NCBI GenBank assembly: GCA_951406725.2
Contig: OX597815.1
Coordinates: forward strand, 54,002,001 to 54,066,000
Length of the DNA: 64,000 bases
Source of the DNA: Octopus vulgaris
Taxonomy: Eukaryota
Direction of reading: 5' to 3'
Position 1 is the stretch's first letter; each line of letters opens with the position of its first letter. The notes under the pieces were generated by a model that saw only the letters and a program-made list of their open reading frames with translations, did no database searches and had not been told where the DNA came from. This document shows, piece by piece, positions 56,037 to 64,000 of the stretch. The position numbers were made by a program, and so were the translations under genes.

Positions 56037-56639
56037 ATATGTATGTATGTAAGTATGTATATATGTATATATATATATATGTATATACATATACACACAT
56101 TCATACGTAGACACATAATCACAAGATATAGATTGACGAATGTTATACTAAGTTATCTGAAATGTTCTTTGATGGACATTATTATCGACTGTGCCACGAT
56201 AAACAGTTAACGTGATAACATTCACATTGGAAACATGTAGCATCCATGAGTGTCATATAATTCACTGTCAGCAATTTCAGTTTCATTCTCGCAAAATATA
56301 TTATCTTTTCTTCGAGGATGTGGCCTCTCGTAACAACCACAAATCTACTTTCTTCACAGCACTCCTAACTTATCTGAATTTTTGTTATATTTACACACAA
56401 TCTGATATAGTAAATAGCAGGGTTAGAAATGAATAAGTTGTCTAAAATCGCTTTATCATCATCATCATCATGAGTATCATCACCGCCATCATCCTCACCA
56501 TCATCATCTGATACTGTACTTGAAAGAAGTTTCTTTTTCTTCATTTTCTCTTTCTTCCCACTTCTTCCTCTTCGTCTTATTTTGTTCTTCGTCGTCTGCC
56601 TCCTCTTCTCTCCATTTTTCTTTTTCCTCCTCTTTTCTA

Positions 56640-56735
56640 CATTCTTCTTCTTCTTCTTCTTCTTCTTCTTCTTCTTCTTCTTCTTCTTCTTTTTCTTCTT
56701 CTTCTTCTTCTTCTCATCCTCCTCCTCCTCCCCTC
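56640..56735. repeat. (TTC)n/(CCT)n microsatellite
   Basis: Directly visible. Confidence 0.95.
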
Positions 56736-57768
56736 CACTTTCTCCTTGGTGATGTACTTTTTGCATTTCAAATGAATGAAATTATTTTATTTATCAACAT
56801 CTCACTACTTCAACTGTTCATGCACAACGTGTGGCACACTGCACATAAAGTCTTTGATCTTAGGAAAGCGTTAGATTGTATTTATAAAACTGAAAAAAAA
56901 AACAATTGGATTCAACATTCATTGCCCGTATTTTTCAAAGAGCATCTTCCTTCATTCTTATTTAGTTCCTTTCATGCTTCAATCCGTTTATTATTTCGCC
57001 CTTTGTTTTTTTTTTTTGTCTTTTATACCAGACATACCAGTTTTTTTTTTTCTTTATGCACTTTTGTATATCCCTATATGTATATTTGTATATTGTATAT
57101 GTACATATATATATCTGCTAACTACGTGTAGAAATGTATACATGCACGTATACACACATACACAAATGCACATTTTCACACATTCATACATAAATGTTTA
57201 TTAGGGGACTAGTAAAGAACATTTCGGCCAGAATATCCAAATTATCAACCAATGAAGATATATTCAACAAACGCGCACCTCTGTGTTGTGTGCGCGTGCG
57301 TGTGTGCGTGTGTGCACGCGCGCTTTGGCTTGAGCTTGTGTGAATTGAGACACACGTTTTCGTAATAACATTCCTGTATATTTATGCTGAAGAACATAAT
57401 GGCAACGTGGTCTATCAACATTTAACGCTATATTCAAATGTTCAGATCTACGGCACTAGTAAACCAGTAAGTAGTAAACAAAGAGGATATTTGTTGATGC
57501 TGCTAGAATTCCTCTTTAATGATACAAATTGCAATTTGTGGATTATCTTTAGTATAAATATTTTTCTCATTCGACCGACATGAGATACAGCAGATACTCT
57601 GAGAAACCATTTCAAATAACAATTATTATTATTCCTGTCTACGTAAATACAGCAGCATTTGTCGTGAGAAAACATCTCATATAGACGTATAGTGCTAAAA
57701 GCAAGAGAAGTAACCGTAATGGCGTCCACCAGTGGAGGTGGATTTCTGCGTTTTTGTTTCACCATCGA

Positions 57769-57852
57769 TTATTATCAATAGCAGATTTTAATTCGTTTAT
57801 TATCAATAGCAGATTTTAATTCGTTTATTATCAATAGCAGATTTTAATTCGT
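57769..57852. repeat. 3 x 28 bp perfect tandem repeat
   Basis: ttattatcaatagcagattttaattcgt repeated three times. Confidence 0.9.
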
Positions 57853-58110
57853 AGTGACTACATTGAATTAGTTCAGAAAGTTCTGATTACAGTAAAGAGT
57901 ATTAATTACATCATTTCGGTTTGAGGCCAAAAATATATCTATGTATTAAAATAGCTATAGTTGCGTAGACATATTTGTCCGCTCATACCGGCACCACTTA
58001 AATACACTAATACACCGCATACACACTCATTCATATACATACATATATTTAAGTGTATACATGACTATATATATTTATGTATGTTGTGTCCATGTGTGTA
58101 AATATATATA

Positions 58111-59450
58111 CAGCCTTGGCCAAAAGTATTAGGCCACCCCAATGTTTTGGGAATCTGCTATCTCAATGTTAATGAAATTCGTGTATGCGGTAGATTATGG
58201 TATTTTTCACAATATACATTAGTTTAAATATCTGGCTGACCCTTCTTTAGCATCAATCACTGCTTTTATACGGTTGAATCAACTAGTTTCTTGAAGGTTC
58301 TAGGAGCAATTTTACTCCATTCTTCTCTCAACTTTTTGTATAAATGCGCTTCATTTTTAATTGCTGTGTTCCTGATAGCTTCACCAAAAGTTCCCCATAG
58401 TTGTTCCATCGGATTTAGATCGGGACTTTGAGCCGACCAGTCCATGGGAACAGTACCCTGTGTCTCAAACCATTGATGAGTATTCTTTGGTGTATGACAT
58501 GGAGCTTGTCCTCTGGAAAATATAACACTGTTTTTCGACACTCCTGGATGCAATTTATAGCTCTAAAACATCTGATAACATAGAAACATAGGTAGCTGAA
58601 TTCATCCTTCTCTGACATAACATTTCTCCGAGTCCTGTGGTAAACAGGCAGGCCCACATCATGATAGAACCACCCCCATGTTTTACGGCTGGTACCAGGC
58701 ATTCAACCTTAAATCCTTCCTCAACTCTGCGATGCACAAAGGTTGCACCAGATGTACCGAAAACCTGAGTAAAAACATGAAAAATGGTATTTATTAGCTT
58801 TATGTTGGACGCTTTTATTTTTATATATTTTGGGCAACAAACCAGTAACTATCTTACCTCATAGTTACTTTCGTTAGACCATATGACTTTTGAACAATTT
58901 CTCACTGGTCCAATTTGAGTGGTTTTTGGCCCACTGAAGATGTTTTTCCATATTCGCTTCAGAAACACATAGCTTCTTCCTGGCTTTATAGACTTTCAGA
59001 CCGTACTCTATAAGCCTTCTTCTAACAGTTCTGGTTGATATTTGTGAAGTGCTTGCCTTGTTGAAGTCCGCACAGAGCTCCGACGATGTTTTTCTTCTGT
59101 TACTGAGCGGCTGATGGATGATGGATCTGTCATTACAAGGTGATGTAACCTTTTTTCTACCTGTTCTTTATATTGTCTTCACATCTTTTGTCTGTTTGAA
59201 GTACTTGAGAGTCGTTTCCACCGCACATCGAGAACATTTCATCTTCTAAGCAATTTGCCTTTCAGGCATTCCATCTTTATGATGAGCTACGATTTGACCT
59301 CGCTCACACTCACTCAACTCCCTTGTTTTAGGCATTTTACTGTTTAGTAACTGTATCTACAATGTATTTTAGCATAAAACTCTGAAATAATCAAGGAAAC
59401 GTAAGTTAATTTTGGACGTTGGTCTTACTCATATTTGGTTGCATATGTAC
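58111..59450 (-). mobile_element. Decayed Tc1-family transposon with an intron-containing transposase
   Basis: TA|cagccttggccaaaagtatt end. MPKTRELSECERGQIVA from 59335, WSNES, VKHGGGSIMMWAC, WSAQSPDLNPMEQLW. The far TIR is unclear. Confidence 0.85.
58765..58857 (-). other. 93 bp phase-0 spliceosomal intron in the Tc1 transposase
   Basis: GAG|GTAAGA donor, CTAAT branch site, TTTTTACTCAG|GTT acceptor. Splicing gives WSNESNYE-VFGTSGATFVHRR. Confidence 0.8.
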
Positions 59451-59454
59451 AGTG

Positions 59455-59615
59455 TGTATGTATGTATGTATGTATGTATGTATGTATGTATGTATGTATG
59501 TATGTATGTATGTATGTATGTATGTATGCATGCATGCATGTATGTATGTATGTATGTATGCATGTATGCATGTATGTATGTATGTATGTATGCATGTATG
59601 CATGTATGTATGTAT
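59455..59615. repeat. (TATG)n microsatellite
   Basis: Directly visible. Confidence 0.95.
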
Positions 59616-59954
59616 AAATAATATTGGGTCTAATTCGCAATCTTACAACCAAAAGGCAGAAATATATACGTCACTGAAGTGAGAAAGGGGACTGATCAGA
59701 ACCAGTATTGCGAGAAATAGGAGTCAAAACAACTCATTAGCCACGGAAAACATTATTTTCATGACAACCGAGGCAGACTCCCTGCAGTAGCAGATATCTA
59801 CTGTTGTAGGGAGTTTGTGCATGTATATGTATGTCTGTGTCTACATGTATGCCTGCGTCTACATTTGTATATGCCTGTATATACGTATATACATTACTAA
59901 GCCCCATTTTGTTTACGGGTCGCACTTTACCGACACTTTTTGTGATTTCTCTTT

Positions 59955-60024
<70 letters not shown>

Positions 60025-60025
<1 letters not shown>

Positions 60026-60199
60026 CCGCCGGAGTGCCTGTGTGGTAAGAAGCTTACTTCCTAACTACATGGTTCCGAGTTCAGTCTCACTGCGTGGCAC
60101 CTTGGCCGAATTTATTCTACTATAGCTTTGAGCTGAACAAAACCTTGTGAGTGGATTTAGTAGATGGAAACTGAAAGAAGCCTGTCGTATATATGTATG

Positions 60200-60266
<67 letters not shown>

Positions 60267-60460
60267 GTGTGTTTGCATGTCAGTGTTTTTCCTCCCGTTT
60301 GTGTGTTTACGTCCTCGTAACAGTTGTTCGGCAAAAGACCGATAGAATAAGTACCTGGCTTACAAAGAATAAGTCTTGGAGGCGATTTGATCGACCAAAA
60401 GGTGGTGCTCCAGCATGGCCGCAGTCAAAATGACTGAAGCAAGTAAATGAATAAAAGAAT
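60025..60460 (+). mobile_element. OK-like tRNA-SINE copy
   Basis: Colinear with 2834-3220, with an internal TA/TG tract. Confidence 0.8.
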
Positions 60461-60461
60461 A

Positions 60462-60535
<74 letters not shown>

Positions 60536-60547
60536 ATATATATATAT

Positions 60548-61450
60548 TATATTTTGTACTGGGGAAGGCCAGTTTATGGGATTGCCCTGGGTTTCCCTTC
60601 CATAAAGGATTTAACTTTATGGCGTATCGTCCGATACGAAACCCTTTTGGTCTAAGACCTCTTCAAAACATGGAGGAGAGAAGATCATTGGCTATCGACT
60701 ATCGACTCCCGGTTGTGCCGCCATCTTTCGGATTCCACAGCAGCCCCAGCTCCAGCATCAACGGCAGCAACAACAATAGCACCATCGGTGATGGCAGCAA
60801 CAACTGCAGCAATAATAGAAACAGGTGCAGCACTGACATCTCGCACCCACAATTTCTAGTACAGTGGGTGTACTGGGGATTCTCTCAAGCAACACATAAA
60901 TCATCCTTCAGGGTCTCGGAAAGGAGATACGTAACGTCGCTGGCCAGTCACGGAATTCCAAACTCGATCTCATGCAAAATCCTCGAAAACTTAGGCCCCT
61001 ACATCAACGGAACGAAGCGTTGCAAGTTATTCATCTCTGAACGTGCAAGAATCCTAAAAGACTTGCTCGAACCAGGGAGATTTCTTAACTCCGGAACGGA
61101 GATTTTCGGGCCATGCTTGCATTGTTGGAAATTCCTGCAAACGTTTTGGAATCCGCAAGATGACGGCAAAGCCAGACGTCGCTAGTCAATGGTAAAGGGA
61201 AACAATCCCCTATTGTTTACCTTCGTAGCTTTTTGGAAACCGCAAGATGGCGACACAACCGGAAGTCGATAATCGATAGCCAATGGCAAAGGGCAATACT
61301 TCTCCCTTGTTTACATTCGCAACGAGGCCTTTACCCTCGATATTTTGAAGAGGTCTTAGACCAACAGGGTTTGGGGTGTGACGTTAAACCGTTTATAGGC
61401 AGGAAACTCAGAGTAATTCCATAAACCGGCCTTCCCCAGTAAAAAATATA
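60548..61450 (+). mobile_element. Truncated Naiad-like PLE with inverted pLTR ends
   Basis: ~130 bp imperfect inverted ends (tactggggaaggcc.gtttatgg / ccataaaccggccttccccagta). Interior TSLASH...KILENLGPYINGTKRCKLFISE...LNSGTEIFGPCLH.WKF. Confidence 0.8.
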
Positions 61451-61527
61451 TACTGCTCTACATCTTAGAGTGTGCTTCTTCTCCGGATATATGCTTTCTA
61501 CAAACGATATATATATATATATATATA

Positions 61528-61610
<83 letters not shown>

Positions 61611-64000
61611 CAGAATGTATCTGGTATGTATGTATATATGCATAGGTTAAAATGCGCACACACTTACTGAATATAACGAAAATAGCAAAAACTCCTTTTT
61701 CATATATCCTTGCAAAGATGGAAGAATAAAAGATGGAGTACATAGTGCCCCAAAATGTTATTCCTTTCTTTATATCACAAATATACACCAACTCCAAACT
61801 GAACTTGCTAAGCATTGCTCTGAAACGATAAAATAATTCCAGCAATACATTTGTGTTATCTTTATCAAGCTGGTACGCAAATACTCACACGCACGAATAA
61901 ATAATGTTCCTATATCTCCTGTTGATTTTGTTTGTCAGTGAAATCTATGCCTTCGCATGCACAGCATCAAATTCGTTGAATATACATACATATAAACACA
62001 TTCAAGCAGGAAGATAATCACATCTCCATATACATTAAACTGCATATTGACATAAATACATAGTAGGTTAACATATTCCAATACACATATGCTTACACGT
62101 ATTCGAACGAATACTCATACACTTAGGCACGCACATATATAAATGCACACAAATATACACACATACACAAACACACACACACAATAATGACTACTATGCT
62201 TGCAGGCTTGTGAATAATCTCTTTTCTCTGAATGTCTGTCGCTATGGAAGATGACCGTTCTGTTAACACAAATAAAACATCAATAAAAATCCTTTCACAA
62301 AAGCAGAAAGCTTTAAAGAAAATTCAATAATCTATTTAATTTATATTAAAAGAATACCGTAAAATTGACAACTTCAGAGACTAACAATATCGTCAGCACT
62401 ACAGATGGTAGAATTTTCAACCAGCAACTTCGCAACAGGATAACATAGAAATAAAATATGAAGATATTAAGAAATTTTATTCATCGTTTGTTACCGATGT
62501 TTTTATTTTTCGCCTACTTCGGTATGTTTATTTTACAGTAAAGGAAGCATTGTGTTATATTAGACATGAATGTGTAACACAGAATGAGATACTGACAGAA
62601 ACAGCACAACAGTAAAAGAAGTGAAGCAGAAAAAAGAAAAGATATAGAGAAAGAGATACAAACAGACGGACAGACACAAGCAAGGGACTGCGAAGTAGAA
62701 GCTAATTATTTTACTGCGAAGTAAAAGGAAGCGAACGAAAGTAACGGGGAAATGGGGAAAAGCAAACAAATATTATAGTAAAAATATCATAAAACAGTGG
62801 ACATTTTAAGTCAATATGGAAATAAAATATCTTGTTATATGTGGTCACACATTATTCAAACAATATATGTAAAAGTACAAACGTGTATGAATACATAAAT
62901 TTATAGGTGCAAAGATAGAGTTTGTGGTTAAGATTCTGATTCAGAAATAGTGAATTCCTGTTGCGCCGTTTGCTCAATATCTTTTTTGTATAATTTCCTG
63001 GAAGGAAAGTGGTCAACCCCCTACTGTATAAACAGACATATATATACAAACACACACATACACACATTAATATGTGCGTACACACATGCACACTCTTACG
63101 TACGCAAATAAGTGTATTTCCATATGAATTTGAACACACACACACACAAATACAGCTATATCAAATTCCATACAACATAATTTCTTGATTTATTAAATTC
63201 CTGTCTGCGCCTAGAAGATACCTCATGATTACCAAATAAAGTGCAATTAAAGTGTGTTCCACATGAAAAAGGGAGATATTAAGAAAATCTTTCAAGTTAT
63301 TAAAGAAAAGGACTGGCTTATTTTCACGGAACAAGAAGATAGTTATGAACATGTTTTTCAGCCTCAGTAGACGTCATCAGCTTGACAACTGTTCAAACTC
63401 ACCTCCAATAGCCAAATACCTTAGACTAATACGAAAAGAGGGGAAAACTTGGAAAATTTGCATGAATGAAAAATAGAGAAATAATTCAGAGTAGCCATCA
63501 CCGTGGATCTGAACAACTTAGACTAATATATCGCGACAGATATATCAAATACCATACAATATACTCGATTTGTTAAAATGACTCTCAGTCTCTAGATGAT
63601 GTTCATATTTATCAAATTGTTATTAAGACTAGCTCTACATGAGAATGATATACTTGTATGATTGTGAGATTGTGTACTTAAGTTGACAGTTTAAATAATG
63701 TAATTTATGTTTGTGATACTTTATGAGTTATAAGTTAGTGACCCAGTGTTCAAGAATATAAAGTTTCGTGTGAAGCGTATTTTTGTCTTGAAGTCGACAG
63801 GATCGATTAAATCTTTGAAGGCAATTATTCTGTATGTCAGTTGTCAGATGATTGAGACTTGTCGTAGAACCAAAAGGAATATTTTCAATGCATGAACTGA
63901 TATCTATATAATAACAAACGTCTGGAGCTCAAAATAAAACGGAAACCACTTTGTAAGCAACAGTGAAGAAATTAAATGCATCTAAAAAAAATGCATTTAA

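Noticed and set aside
57769-57852. CRISPR-like 28 bp repeats
   Set aside because: The repeats are head-to-tail with no spacers, in a eukaryotic context.

Overview
AT-rich, microsatellite-saturated eukaryotic intergenic or intronic DNA. No host gene can be supported, and most ORF-track entries are translated (TA)n/(TG)n/(TAA)n repeats. The SINE content resembles octopus/cephalopod DNA (inference). Recognisable content is almost all transposon-derived: Penelope-like retroelements (PLEs; RT + GIY-YIG, Naiad-like and Neptune-like), R4/Dong-clade non-LTR elements chained through (TAA)n tracts, Tc1 and mariner relics (one Tc1 carries a spliceosomal intron), a non-autonomous Helitron, tRNA-derived SINEs and CR1/L2 fragments. 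The most notable unexplained structures are: (1) about a dozen sequence-unrelated fold-back (inverted-repeat) units anchored at (TA)n tracts, several carrying minimal type-I hammerhead ribozymes and some carrying inverted copies of neighbouring DNA, read here as a PLE-driven system that targets microsatellites and generates inversions; (2) a conserved ~556 bp non-coding element, bounded by (TAA)n and lacking a tRNA head, which is a likely non-autonomous partner of Dong/R4. All calls were made by eye and boundaries of decayed elements are approximate.
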